Counted from the stretch's first letter, positions 39,729-53,100 are shown. The stretch: DNA of 64,000 nt from Takakia lepidozioides (GCA_030704615.1 CM060731.1:49600001-49664000), one strand, 5' to 3'. Notes: generated from the sequence alone by a model not told the origin. A program made the numbers and translations.

Positions 39729-40567
39729 TGTCGTGCGCATACATATCGCTACACAACTACATCGATGTCCAAAACCACACAACATATGTGCACACCAAAC
39801 ACTAGTCTATCACTAGTGCACCACTAGGCTGCCACTATACAACCACTAGTCACCACTAGTGCAGCCACTAGTCCAACCACTAGGCTGCCACTAGCCACCA
39901 CTAGTGCAGCCACTAGTTCATCACTAGGTTGCCACTAGTCCACCACAATAGATAAGGAAATGAATGATACAAGCACACAAGCTCTCTCAAACTCACATAC
40001 TTGTACATGAAAACATCATTCATATATTAAGTCGAGCCAAATGCACCCCACGCCATGGGGAATCCACACTACGGCGCCATAGCTAGATGCGGTGAGGCTC
40101 AACTCGAGAAAGATGAACCCACCGCAATCTGCCGTGAAGATAACAATGTCAGGTGCCCAAACATGTATTGGCCTCTAGATTGACACTTGGGTCAATCCCA
40201 AATGTCAGAATATAAAAGCTAGCTATTTCCTAGCTAACTTCACACTAGTGGTAAAATAACTTGACAGCTGTCGTGCGCATACATATCGTTACACAACTAC
40301 ATCGCTGTCCAAAACCACACAACATATGTGCACACCAAACACTAGTCTATCACTAGTCCACCACTAGTGCACCACTAGGCTGCCACTAGACAACCATTAG
40401 TCACCACTAGTGCAGCCACTAGTCCACCACTAGGCTGCCACTAGCCACCACTAGTGTAGCCACTAGTCCAACCACTAGGCTGCCACTAGCCACCACTAAT
40501 GCAGCCACTAGCCACCACTACTAGTGCAGCCAATAGTTCATCACTAGGCTGCCACTTGTCCACCACA
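39729..40567 (-). repeat. B2 3' LTR with terminal direct repeats (40567-40269, 39947-39729) expanded by CCACTAG units
   Basis: Both units start TGTGG and end GCGCACGACA, as in B1. Confidence 0.8.
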
Positions 40568-40826
40568 ATCGCCCCCCTAGCTGGCGCTTAGGTCCCTCTA
40601 AGCCCAGGTAGCCACAAGATGTGATAGTGGCCATAGCCTCACAAAGTCCTCCACCGCTGTCCCTACTACACTCAAACTCGATAGATCCAGAGGCCGGATA
40701 CAAGAGTTGCCCCATCGTTAGTCGCCGTTTTGCAACTTGTGAACTTGAGCCTAAGATCTTGGGTATTGACTCCTATGAGCTTGGCCTCCCATGTTTGTGA
40801 GCTGCCACTAGTCATAGCCACTGCCA

Positions 40827-41842
40827 CTATCCTAAGCAGTGTGGACATAACCAATTTCCATCAGGAACCCTTTCAAGAGGTGGTGTCAAGCATCCCATGT
40901 GCCAACCTCTTGAGCATCGATCACACACCAACATAGTGGGGGCACTACGAGCATGCCCACATAGCATGCAACGCAACCCTGCAGGTACCACTACAAGGTT
41001 GGGATCTATCCTCCCATCCACATGTGGAAGGTGACATGGCGCACAATTGCGCACATGGTCCTTCCATACCATGCCATCTCGACCCTCCAGAATCAACACT
41101 CCTGAAGGCAACACCTCCCTAACCCTTAGAATCACACGTCTTGCTGTGACATCCAAGGTCATAGGCATTGTCTGCTACAGATACACATAGTCCCCAGGGT
41201 GAAACGCCGAACACCTGGCCGATATCCCCCTCTACGTATAGTGGCATACCTCAATGTGTCTCGGTGTTGGGCAATAGCAAGATTCTCAAAAGCCATAGGC
41301 ATGACTCTCTTGAACAACTCTGCCTGCTGGGCACATGCTTGTGTCCACACATCCGGATCATCAAGGTTGAGGACTACTGCAGCCTCCCTGCGAATAGATG
41401 CAGACAAATCCGGCTCTCGGCCAAAGAGAAGGAAATATGGTGAGAATGAGGCAAGTGATGCTTGCTTGCTGAACTTGTAGCCCATGGCTAACTAGGGTAC
41501 CTGAAGATCCCAATCTCCTAGGTGTCCCTTTTGCAAGCCATACTTGCGCAAACCCCTCTTCACTGTCTGAACCACTTTCTCTGCCAAGCCATCGGCCTCA
41601 GGATGATCCCGAGAAGTGGTACGGTGGTCTATCAAGGCTTTATCACACAAAGCCTGAAACTCCCCCAAGAACTCTCTCCCTTGGTCCGTGAGTACCTCAG
41701 CTGGAGCACCGAATCGGCTAAGCACACGATCCAGGAATGCATACGCAACCCTCTCACTAGCCTTGTCAGGCAATGGAACCAACTCAATCCACTTGGAGAA
41801 ATGCTCCACCATCACCAACACATATCTGTGGTGACGCATCGT
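40827..41842 (-). pseudogene. pol: B2 integrase core + PHD finger
   Basis: VEHFSKW, TDQGREF, DGLAE; CMLC...CDRCSRGWHMGC...WLCPHC. Confidence 0.9.
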
Positions 41843-42520
41843 GGGTGTGGATTTTACATGAGCGGTGAGCATAAGCATGAGCAGAGCATAATCCAAGGAA
41901 TATTCCCAAATTTTGGCCAGCCACCACGCAATTTCCCATTGCTTTTGAGGTGAAAAATAGGTATGATCGCCATGGTTGTGGCCCATAGACCGCAGATGTG
42001 GTTATCGAGATTTGGTTCGGGAGTTGCCGAACCTAAATAGTCGATACAGACTATATGAGAAAAAAAATTTAATGGATAGGTAGTCGGTGTCGACTATAGG
42101 CACTGCAACCTCCATCACGGGTATAGGCGCATAACAAAAATGCACGGTAATAGGAAATTTCGTAATAAATAGGATTTTCTTAACATGGTTAAATTCGACA
42201 AATTTGACATTCGGAACTTTGTTATTTATTTTCTGTGGAATAGTATCCAATGGCCGCTTAAGGAGTAGTCGACAACGACTATAGCCATTGGAGGGAGTGG
42301 GAAATGTTTCCGGCAATCATTTTCCTGCTCGTGCATGTACAAAAATAGAATACAAATGAGCCAAAGTGATGGCCTTGTCTTGTTAGGGCTACGTTTCTGT
42401 TTAACATGTGACATTCCACTTTGTGGAACGACATTCGGTGACGTTACCTCCACGATGGTGAGAGGCCATCTTCACACAGGTGAGGACAATCCTCCAACGT
42501 AGGAATCAGAAGAAGGTGGA

Positions 42521-43078
42521 GTGGTTGTGCGGTATGACAATGACGAGGGGAGAGGTGCAGAGGAACATGGGAGTGAAAGTGGACACTCGCCTGATGTCAA
42601 TTTTCAAGCAGTTGGAATTCCTACGGTGGAAGAAGACGTGCGGAGCAGGCCTGCCTCCCCTCAGCTGGTAAACATCACGGAATATGAAGAAGGGATGGCC
42701 AACTGCATTGCCTTCTTAGAATCCAAATTGCCTTGGTGGTGTGCGTTGGATTCGGAGTCAGAGTCATCCGACGAGAGTGTGGACGAGGAGGAAGCTGGGG
42801 AGTATCCTTTACATGGTCTTCAAGAATTGGAGGTTGTTGAGGAAGAGGACTTCCATTGGAGTGGAGTTTGCATGGACTCTTTTGTCAGTTCTGCTGAACA
42901 GGTTATTGTGACCGCGGAAACGAAGGCAATGGACTCATGTACTATTTGCCTTCAGTCGGCACAACCGGGAGAAACTATACGCACGCTCACTCTGTGCCTC
43001 CACTCCTTCCACAGTGCATGTATTGACAGGTGGGTTCAAGTGAATGGCACATGCCCCCTGTGTCGGCGTCGATTGTGA
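42521..43078 (+). CDS. Intronless acidic protein with C-terminal RING-H2 finger (putative E3 ubiquitin ligase); start uncertain
   Basis: CTIC-x15-CLHSFHSAC-x10-CPLC at the C-terminus. Confidence 0.75.
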   Translation: MVVRYDNDEGRGAEEHGSESGHSPDVNFQAVGIPTVEEDVRSRPASPQLVNITEYEEGMANCIAFLESKLPWWCALDSESESSDESVDEEEAGEYPLHGLQELEVVEEEDFHWSGVCMDSFVSSAEQVIVTAETKAMDSCTICLQSAQPGETIRTLTLCLHSFHSACIDRWVQVNGTCPLCRRRL

Positions 43079-43915
43079 GAAACAATGCCGTCTTGCATCT
43101 TCATGTTGAATTGTTTTGCCCGGCCTTTTGTTCACGCCTCACTGTTGTCTTTAGTGCTCTCATATGTATGTAAGCTTCCCACAGCCATTACAAAATTGAT
43201 GTTAAAGAGTATGGCTTGGGATTCTCTGGCCTCCTGCTAAATAAACATTTCATTTCATTTGTCTCGTTTGTTTCCATTCTCTCCCATGAGATGTTTCCGA
43301 TTTCCGCCAACTTTCTGAGGTAACAAAGGAGAGCATTAGGTAGCGGCGAGTACACTTGGAAAAGTTCATTTGCAAGTAATTTGCTTTATGAGTATGTCCG
43401 CAAATGACTATATATTTTGGGTATGCCCCCGTAGATACGACGTGGACTTCTCTGAGTGACACATTTGCATTGTCAACATCATGCACCCAAGACCCTGTCA
43501 ACCTCAATAGATGAGGATGATGTATCGCAGTGGAAATGTTACAATGTGAACGAATAATTTGGCCGCATATGCACAATGGCGAGGCATACTATTGCGATTT
43601 TTGTTTTTATTCCAAGCACCCTGTCGTCCCGGTTGGTGGTAGTCGGCACCGACTACTATGAGTTGTTCTCAATTTCTGTTGGCGTGGTGGAAATCGGCAA
43701 CGGCTTTTCGGAAACATGCTATGTAATGAGAAATTCGCCTATAGTCGCGACTGTATATTTTCTTACTACATTTTTCCTCGCCCCATGTGGTGGTAATCGG
43801 AACCAACTTCAATGTCCTCTTCCTTGTTTTTATTAAATGGCACTGAGGATAACGATTAACCGTGATGTGACTTTCACACCTTTACTACATGAATAGAGAA
43901 ACAAGAAAAAGGGAA

Positions 43916-46750
43916 TTAATGTACACCATTTTCATTCTGTTCCATTGGACGCGGAACGTCATCTACATACTCCATAGCTATATGGTCTAATCCCCCTGGT
44001 ACAATTGTCCCCAGATGTGGACCCTCTGTTTCCTCAAGACCATTCTCTGGGGTTGTAATTCTATCCCCACTGCTCTCCTCCTCACCACTTTCATCAGAGG
44101 ATTCTTCCTCCGTTGTTGGCTCCTCGCTTCCAGAACCCTCCTCCGCCTCCCCATCCACATAGGGCTGTACCCGACCGCGTTGCAAAGCCGCCCTTCTTTG
44201 CGCTGGCCATCCTGCCATTTGAGACACTCCTGTCCATTGCTCCTCTGCTTGAGCATTGGCTACTACCGCCGCATAGGGAGGAAGAACGTAGTTTTTTTCC
44301 GGAGTGTGTATCTGTGCAAATCGCTCCTCAAGCGTAAGGGTGTTCTCCAACGCACCTTCCCCACTCCCTGTATGTATTGAGCTTCATGGAATCCCGGTGA
44401 TGCCCCCACACTGTCGCTTCGCACCATGCGTCTCCGGTTCATCGCTACAAAGACGACAAAAGCAATTAGTTGATACACCCCACGAGCCAATATGACGAAA
44501 ACGAAGACAACTGTCCGTAGTCACTTTCACTTATTTAATGCATGTACCTGGAAAGTGGTCTTACTCACTCCAAGGATTGGATTTGAATTTGCGAGCCCTT
44601 GCGATCATCGTTCATCCATTCGTTATCGCCATGACTGCCTGTTGCCATTTGCAACGTTGGTTGGGCGCGTTGCAACCCTCCCGGTGTGAAATCGACCACT
44701 ACCCCTCCTTCCGGTGAACATAACTCCATGAACGTTTGCACAAATCGAGGGCTTTTCTCCCGCGCCCCTCGTAGGAACGACCCATCTTGCCGTTTGTGAA
44801 GCCTATCCGCTCTCACCATGTTCCAAACGAGGTCTTCAGTGATCACATCGTGGTCGGTATCGAGCTTGCCACCAAATATCCCGGAAGTTGAAATTCCCCT
44901 CCAAGGTCTTGAGAAGGCAGAAGGCGTAGAATATGACAGTCTGCATTATTCAATGTTAAATACAATGCAAATATTCCGTACAATCTGCAAGTTGACCTCT
45001 CGTAGTCGGTGCACATTATGCCTGATCTATGGAGGTAACGCATAAACATAAAATATTCAATTATGAAAGTCGTTACCGACTATGATAATAGCACTAATGT
45101 AAGCACGCTGTAGCACAACCCGTGTCACTTGCAACTCCTCCACGAGGACCACTCACCGACCACCCGAAGCATGCAACATAGTCGCCACCAACTATGTTCT
45201 TGCACCGACAAAATGAATTGCCCCGCCACTGTTGGTAATAGTCGTTATCGACTATTGCTCGGTGGCTGCTGGAAGGTGGTGTTCTATGAAGGACATACCG
45301 TGGGCTTACACTTATCATTTTAATCCTTTGCCAACATTTTAAGAAAAAACTTCATGGCATGTGTTTTAATTGAAGATGGTAAATCCACCTGTGGTTCGCC
45401 AACATCTCCAGTTTGCAATGGAATTCGATTGAGGCAAGTCCATTTAAAAAAAAAAAATTGAATGGCCCGGCCGGCCCAACGCATCTCCGGATTTCAATTT
45501 CTGTCTTTGCATCCCCCTTGGAGAACATCACCAAGCACCCTTTGTCTTTCAATATGGAGGATGCCAGTGCCAATGCATGAGGAACTGTATCCTTGTTCTT
45601 GTTGTTCCAACTTGCAACAACATTTTCTCGGCCACTACCTTTCACAACTTGCCCATCGGGGAGGTCAATTATAACCAAATCCGCCCCTGCTTTCGTCCCC
45701 CTTGTCAAATGGTGTGAAGGGTCGGTTGGTACGTGCCTTTGAAGAAACGCGTCAATTTCCCCCCTCGGCTCCGGCCAACTATTGGACGACCCTTTTGTGG
45801 CCAATCTGCGGATGACTAATTGAAACCAATCGCAGTTTAAGCATTTGACCTCAGTGTTTACAACCCCCTCTTGCAAGGCTACTGCTTCGTACAACAGCAC
45901 AGATGCAAGCTGCAGCACCCTATCCTCATTGCCTCCTGCCCCGAATGTTAACGTGTGAGCAGACCTATTCCTCCGCTCCACTTGGAAATTATGCAAGGCT
46001 TGGGTAAAATGTCCGTAAGCTTTCTCATGCCTGTTTGCACCGTCTGTCTCATCAACACCCTCCATACCCGTGTTGCCTCCACGCCTTGTGCCTGGGGGGG
46101 TGACTTATACTGTGTTGGTGTTTTTTTTCGGTTTCTGCTTCATTTTCCTCTGTTTTTTCGTTGCGGCTGCTGCCTGTAGAGCCGTGTTTACTTCTTCTAT
46201 TTGGGCTGCAGCAACATCGGCAGCCTCCTTGGCACCTTCCTCCGTCAAGGGCTCCATATTTGTTGGTGCCGGCAGTTCATGATTCGTGTACTTCTTGTAC
46301 AATTCAGCCTCCTCCTCAGGAGTAAAATTCGGTGGCAAGTCGAGCCACCAGAAGCACGATAGATGTGATGCTTTCACGTATAGGCCCAACTGCCTTCTGT
46401 TGTACATTGTGCAGTCACCCCGTTGACTAGCCCATTGTGTGACCATGGCCGGCATACACTTTATGTGCTTGTTGGCGAGCAAGTAGAAATTGAGATACCT
46501 ACAAAATTGTGCGAGACACGTGTTAATGTTCGGAACCTTCGCACTCCACCATGACTTAAACATTTGCACAAATGTAAATTGATGGAACTGTGATAACTAT
46601 TCAAACCTGTAAACAATTCGACGGGCCGGTAGAGTCCCCCTTGGTTGCTTGGTAATCTGCCAGCTTCGAGCAGGGTCGTCCTTCATCTCGCTCCAAAATA
46701 ATTCCCTCCATTATACGGAAATCGTCCACCCTAAATCTGACAAACCGCAC
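43916..46750 (-). pseudogene. 5'-truncated, decayed paralog of the ParB-like/amino-methyltransferase gene
   Basis: HLSCFWWLDLPP (cf. HLSSCGWYLDCPP), ADLVIIDLPDG...W...LKDKGCLV (cf. AELIILDIPDG...LSDAGVLV), DGSFLRGAREKSPRFVQTFMELCSPEGGVVVDF (cf. NGVPWRGARERSPAFIQTIVECCT..ARVLDL); the acidic ORF 43916-44350 may be its tail. Confidence 0.75.
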
Positions 46751-46760
46751 ACCTGAGTCC

Positions 46761-49043
46761 CATCAGTGGCTGAGCTCCTGAGTCCAACAAGACCCATAGT
46801 GGCCGGTACCTCTTGCCTGCCGGTCCACTCAAACAGAAAATGTCATCCTGGTTGTCTAACATGACAACTCCAGGTGTCACCATGGCGCGCTCAATGGCTG
46901 GCCTAGCTGGCAGCTCCATCAACCTGACAGCTGCAGCTTGCCATGGCGCCGCCGTGGCAGTCTTGACCCTCACATCCGAGGGCCCCTCCGGCACTACACC
47001 TCCCACTATCTCCGTAGAAGATGAAGTAACCTCCCAACTCTCACAGAGTGTAGCTGCCAGCCTGAACACCTCAGCCGGTCTTACCCCCGACGTCGCAATC
47101 ATGGTAGCCGAGAACAATGGAGCTTGGCACACAGATGTGGCTGCCCCCAGCAGCACACTCGCTGCCGTAGCCTTGGCAACACTAGGTAGTGGTGCTGCCC
47201 ATGTAGCTCTCCCCAATGGCATAGTAACCTCCGCCTCGGTAACAGTCGGGCGAGAACTAGGTGCCATGGACGACGTCGACACTGTCTCCGCCAATGTGAA
47301 TGATTGAGGAAGCCTAGCCTGACGGCTTGCCTCCCCACGCTGTGGATCCAACTCCACCTCTGCACCCCGTGGCTCAGGAACTCGTGCTGCTCCTCGAGTC
47401 ACTGCCGCAGCTGACTCCACTTGCACTAGTGGTAGTGCTGCCCCGCTCATAGTGGTAGTGATAGTGGTGCCCCACCCACAGTGGTAGTGGTAGTGGCACC
47501 CCTCACTAGTTGTAGTGGTGCCCCACCCATAGTGGTAGTGGTAGTGGTACCCCTCACTAGTGGTAGTGTTGCCCTGCACATGAATCCCATGCCTCCTATG
47601 TCTCCTCCCTCAGGAGCAAGAGGTGGACCATCCAGCCTTGGAGCCGGTACCACCTGAGCTGTGGCCATGGCAGCGAGCCTCTGCTCTAGCTGCTGAAGCC
47701 GGTTGGCCATGCCTTGGTCACCACCCTGACCTCCGCGTCCTTGGCCATGTTGAGCTTGCCCTTGGCTTGCACCTCGTGCCTGGCCACCTCGTCCTCTCTG
47801 GGCTGCTCCACCTCGCCCCGGCCACCATTGTTCCCTTGGAACTGGCCTGGGCGTAACTCAGGATGCAATCCATAGCACTGGGCCTCTCCATGTCCGTACC
47901 TACCACAATGCCCACACTGCAACTGTGCAGGCTGTGCCGGTGCCACACCATTGCCTCCCTCTGGGCAATCCTTCTTGACATGGGGTCCTCCACATGTCCA
48001 GCACACCACATCCGCCCGTTGTTGGCCAGCAAATGAAGGGAGAGACCCCTGCATCTGAGGTCCTCTCTGCCCTTCCCTGGGCTTCACTTGAGCCCCCTTG
48101 TTGCCTTGAGCACATTGAGGTAGTGGCTGGCTAGAAGCACCACTACCCCGTGGTGCCTCCTTAGCAAATCCCACCATGACCATTGTTCCTCCACCATGTT
48201 GAGCTCTATCCGCTCTGCCAGCAAAAACACATTTGCTAAGGTGGGTTGGGCCGCTTGTAGGAGAGTTGCATCCCGCACCCTTCTCCTCAGCTCCTTGTCC
48301 AATATCCCGTACCAGAACTGGACTGCCTGAGCCTCCGTAACCCCTTGGGTTACATTAATCAAGCGCCTCATGCGAGTAAAAGCCTCCCTCAAGCTCTCAG
48401 TAGGCTTCCGTTGGAACTCTTGCAAGCTCCTCAACTTCTCTGTCCTCACCCCTTGGTAGTTCATTCTCAACTATTCGAAGAACTCCACAACAAGGTTGAA
48501 GGCAGGCACCGCCACTGGTGCTGGTGCAGCAGTAGCTTGGATGGACGTCGTAGTTGTTGTACCACTAGTCCCACTACTACTCGTGGAAACTATTGTTGTA
48601 GCTGCTGCTGCTGGTGCAGCTGCTGCCCTTGTGCCTCTAGTGCCTCTAGTGATGGAGACATAGTCGGGTGACCAATACATCCTCCACTCCTCGATCTCAA
48701 CATCGTGCCCCAACCTAAACTCATGGTAATCATCCATGGGCGGCCCCTCAAGGTGCTGAAACAGCCCCTTCCATGCCATAAACTGCGTAAACAGTTGTGG
48801 ATTGCGCATTTGCTGCAAGTCACACCAACTATCAAACTCTTGGATAAAATCATCCAACTCAATGGTGCCCACCGCCCCAGAATACCTTCGTGGCCCCTTG
48901 GTGGCTCCATACATTTCCTCCATCGTGTCCCACAACAATGGCAAGGAAACAACTTGCACCGCCGGTGTGAGTCCTCCTGATTCACAATCCGAATCAGAAC
49001 CTTCCGTAGAAGACACAGGAGGTGAAGGTGACCTAAACCGCAC
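46761..49043 (-). pseudogene. gag: B2 gag + N-terminal half of protease
   Basis: LDDFIQEFDSWC...WKGLFQHLEGPPMDDY, two zinc knuckles, ends at LLDSGAQPLM; stop at 48471, frameshifts, local tandem duplication 47430-47580. Confidence 0.88.
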
Positions 49044-50122
49044 ACCTCATCTCGTATACCCGCTAGTATTGCTAGTGCTCGTACCGGCACTTTCCCCAGC
49101 AACTAGTGGCACCTCCGTGTTGACAAACTGGCACTCAACCGGTCATGAACCTGTCTCTAATCCCCTCTCCACAAGGTAACCGGGTAGAGAACCCGATGCG
49201 GCTTATGGTCTGGAATACTAGGTTCCTAACATAGCCTGCACCTGCACCTGCATCCACCGCAGGCACTCCTATGGTTGGCTGGTCATCACCTCCAACCTCA
49301 CCACAGGAGAAACAAAGATGGTCTGACTGGTCATCAACCCAGCCTCACCATCGACAGCATGCTCTAGGGTGGGATCGACGATGAAGCCCGAGTCCACCAC
49401 CTATAAAATCAAGCGCCCACACAAAACTAGCATGGCGCACAATCAAGCATGCAGGTGTGGAGGGGATCCAAACACAAGAATGAAAACAACAACTCCCCCA
49501 CACCAAAAATCTCTCCACAATGTCGCTCCTACAATCCAACCCAAACCCGGACTGACTCTTGCCTCCACCTACGGAAAGGTCTCGGCCTACAGAGAAGGTG
49601 GAAAGCTATGAGGAAGGGAAACTAAAGCAATGCCTATCCCCAGCACGCTCTCATCCCAACACCTTTTTTTTTTTCCCTCTCTTCTCTCACTTGCATGACC
49701 ATGAGAGCATCTTGTAGACACTCCTCAAACCGCCCTCCACGAGCTCATGAAACTTGGCCTTCAAGGCCCCATGCAAGCCTCCACAGGGTCCGCCAGTGCC
49801 TCCTTACGTCCACCAGCCATTCCTTCGAATGGAACCACCTCAGGAAACCACATCATTCGTTGAAGGTTCAAAAATGGAGCAAATAGAGGTACATATAGGC
49901 CCCAACAACATTCTGTCCAAAGGAATTACCTGCAGGCTGGTCTCCCCCATAGTTAAAAATTGGGCTGAAAACCAGAAAAGATTACCTGCAGGGGAGTAAT
50001 CCCCTTTGTTAAAACGCAACAGGGAGGCAATTCCAACTTTTCTGCCGGATCAGCTAGCTCAAAACCGTTGTTCTTCAGAGCCCAGCCTCCCCATCAAGGT
50101 CCCACGAAACGAGTGAAAAAAA

Positions 50123-50146
50123 ATATATATATATATATATATATAT
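50123..50146. repeat. (AT)n microsatellite
   Basis: Direct read. Confidence 0.95.
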
Positions 50147-53100
50147 TCACTCTACCGTTCGCGGCCTTCCGTGGCTCCATCCGCCACTACTCCTCACAGC
50201 CCGCCCTAGGCACTCGTTGGCCACGGGCTGCCCAATGATACCCTGTGGTACCACTCCCACGAGCCTTCACGGCCCGCCATCCCCACGATCTGGTCACCGT
50301 GCCCACCCGTTGTGTCCGCACCACGACTTCCAACGGTCACGGTCAACGGTCACGGTCAACCATCACGACCTGGGCTCGTGGTATCTCGTGATACCGCCCC
50401 AACGGCCCATCACGGCCACTATTCCCTGCGTTCCCTGGAACTCCCAACGAGTTCCCATGCGTTCCCGGGCGTTCCCACGCGTTCCCGAGCTCTCCCCGAG
50501 CTGGGGTTTGCTCCAGTACCTGCTGCCGACGAGCTATGGCTTCTGCGGAGCCATCAGCCCCGTCGCCCTGCACTCTTGAGCTCTCACGGCCCACTAGAAG
50601 CGCCCCCAACTCAACAAACAAGCTATATGCTGCCCAACAAGCTCCATTTCTTCATGAAGCTCACAAAAACGAATCTGAAAATACACACCTTTACAAACTT
50701 GGTGCACCTGCAGTTCTACTGCACATTCCCTGGCTCTAGGACGCCTCATTGCTGCCCTTCCAACCCTGCTCTTGCCACTCCAAGAGCCCTTACACTGCTG
50801 AGTTTCAGATTGAAACTCCAACTCAGCACATGCTTCACAAGTGCACTGATTTGCACACAAGAGGGACCAGCCCCCTCTCTTCACTCATACCTCTTCATGA
50901 GCTTGGAGCTAAAGCTCCCAACGGGCTGCGATGCATCCCCTCGCAGCTCCACCATTCGGTTGCTCCTCATCTACCCGCAACAACTAGTTTCGGGCAGAAA
51001 TACCTGGAGCTGATCATATCATCTCCAACCTACAACACGCTAGCTTCCCATGCGCAAGCCACATTTTTGCAGCTCCTTAACTCGTCCCGCAGCTGAAGAA
51101 GACGACCACCAGTTCACCCACTCGTGGCCAATTTATATTATCTTCACACCTTCCATTGCACACGCATGCTAAGCATATCCTGTGATGATCAATGTTACAT
51201 TCCATTCATAGGCCACATATATGTTCTCAAACACTTCATGTGCATATTTCATGTTGCCGCATTTGCAGTACATGTTGAGAAGGGCAGTATCCAGGGTAGT
51301 GTTCATTGGATACAAAAAAGAAAAAGAAGTAACGTAGTGCACCACCATGTGCCAGTGACCAGTTTATTACTAGGTGGTATGACCACGTTCCATAACACAA
51401 CGAGACTTATGTTGTTGACATGCGATGTATTCTGCAAACTCAGCGAAGCAGAAAGGTGAAATGCTAAGGATCTTCACAGTCACAGCCCGGGTTTCTTTTT
51501 GGTAGACAGAACCAGTTACCTCCTGACCAGCTGAAAGAAGATGAGTCTAGTGCCAATGCCCTGGAAAAGGCCCGACAAGCTTAGCCATCACAAGCATTAG
51601 AAACTGGTCTAGGTGTTTTCCCACTCTACCGCAGCAACATATGGATTGAACCTATTCCCTTTTAGTGGCTTAAAGCTGATGCTGCGTCACAGACCAGTTT
51701 GGCAATTCAGCAAGGCTGGACATAGTACAGGACAATAGTAGAAGCTGAAGAGACTAATGACTAAGCAAGGGAAGGTGAATAGTTAGAATGGGAAAGGCCA
51801 AGGGTTAGGCCACTAGACAGCAACCGAACACCAAGGAGCAGGAATCCTGAGTACATAGGAAGACTTGACGTGAGTCTATGGAGGGAGGGAGCCACAGTCC
51901 TTTGAGAAGCAAGACCAAGAGCCTACTTGGGCGGTTGTCTGTGGAATAAAGGTCTCCGTTTGTCCAAAAACAAAAAACAACCACTTAGCAAGAGGCAAGC
52001 AAAGGATTCAAGGCTGGGTGGTTAGCTTGCTCATACATCGTTTAAGGGTCTGGTCTTACTGTGACATATTGCCTCTACTTTTAGATCAGGCAGGCTTCCC
52101 TTCCCTTTCATTTGGGTGCTCCGGCAGTCTCCTAAATCTCCTTGGAGGATGATGGTTGTCCTTTACCATGTTTACAATTTGTGGAAAACCAATTTTTGGT
52201 TGTGTTCGGATGGTGCATTGGCTTGGTATTTTGAGCTAGAAATTATTAGTGTTGCATCAGAACCAAATGCACTATCCAATGTGAGAGATTTGATACGGTC
52301 CTCACAACTGCTGTGTCTAAAGTTGCCTTTTTTTCTATATTTTTGGACTTGCTTTTGAAGACTTGGACAATCCAAATGTTGTTGCATATCTACATACAAG
52401 ACTCATGAACAACCTTGCTACGGAGGTCGCGTCCAGTTTGGGCAGGTATATTGATTTCTATATACCCTTAGGTATAGGTAAATAATTTTTGTCAAACTAT
52501 TTACCCTCCGGGTATCTGTAGCAAATTTTTGAGGTAAAAATATCAATCAGGCTGTATCAAATAAGGATTATACTTGATGAAATGAGAGGGAGCCCAGGAT
52601 AAACATTTGATAAGTATTGGGAAGGGGGAGGACTTCTGATTTGGCCTTTCATCTGGATGACCCGGGAGGAGATGAATGTGAAGTGAGTGCATGGCATGAG
52701 CAGATATATGACCGCCTGACAGTGAGGGGCCGTATTTGTCATGCTCACGAGAGATCGTGGAACGGCGGATATGTCTACTGGATACTATATCGGGGAGAGG
52801 GGGGGGTGCTATTCCGTGAGCCCGGAGGCGTGAGCCTGTGAGCCCAGGAAAGCGTGAGCCCAGCACAGGCTCACGCCACGTCAGCATGCAAACAGTGCCT
52901 ATTTCCGCGGATGTCACCTATTTCCGAGTGGTGTCACCTATTTCCGCGGGTTGATGTGGGTAGAATTGAGAATGCCTGAACAGTTTTTGATGAGGTGGAC
53001 TTCACCGTGATGGATTCACCAACCATTCTTCTAGCAGGAATAGTTTGGGGACCAACTAGCAAATGATGCGAGAATGCTCTACACGAACCAAAGTGGTTTG

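Larger units (their letters stand above)
39729..49600 (-). mobile_element. Family B copy 2 (B2): gag-PR(part)-[4.9-kb cargo]-INT(part)-PHD-PPT-3' LTR; 5' LTR not found, 5' boundary approximate
   Basis: gag 49043-46761 and integrase-PHD 41842-40827 homologous to B1; PPT at 40568-40580; LTR 40567-39729. Confidence 0.88.

Noticed and set aside
41843-46760. Cargo as an independent TIR transposon (GGTGTG near both ends)
   Set aside because: Only about 6 bp match, no TSD, and the MTase paralog is cut at the junction.
49600-52780. B2 5' LTR/PBS or a host gene
   Set aside because: No copy of the B LTR unit or a PBS was found; the ORFs lack recognisable domains; possibly old LINE debris but unsupported.
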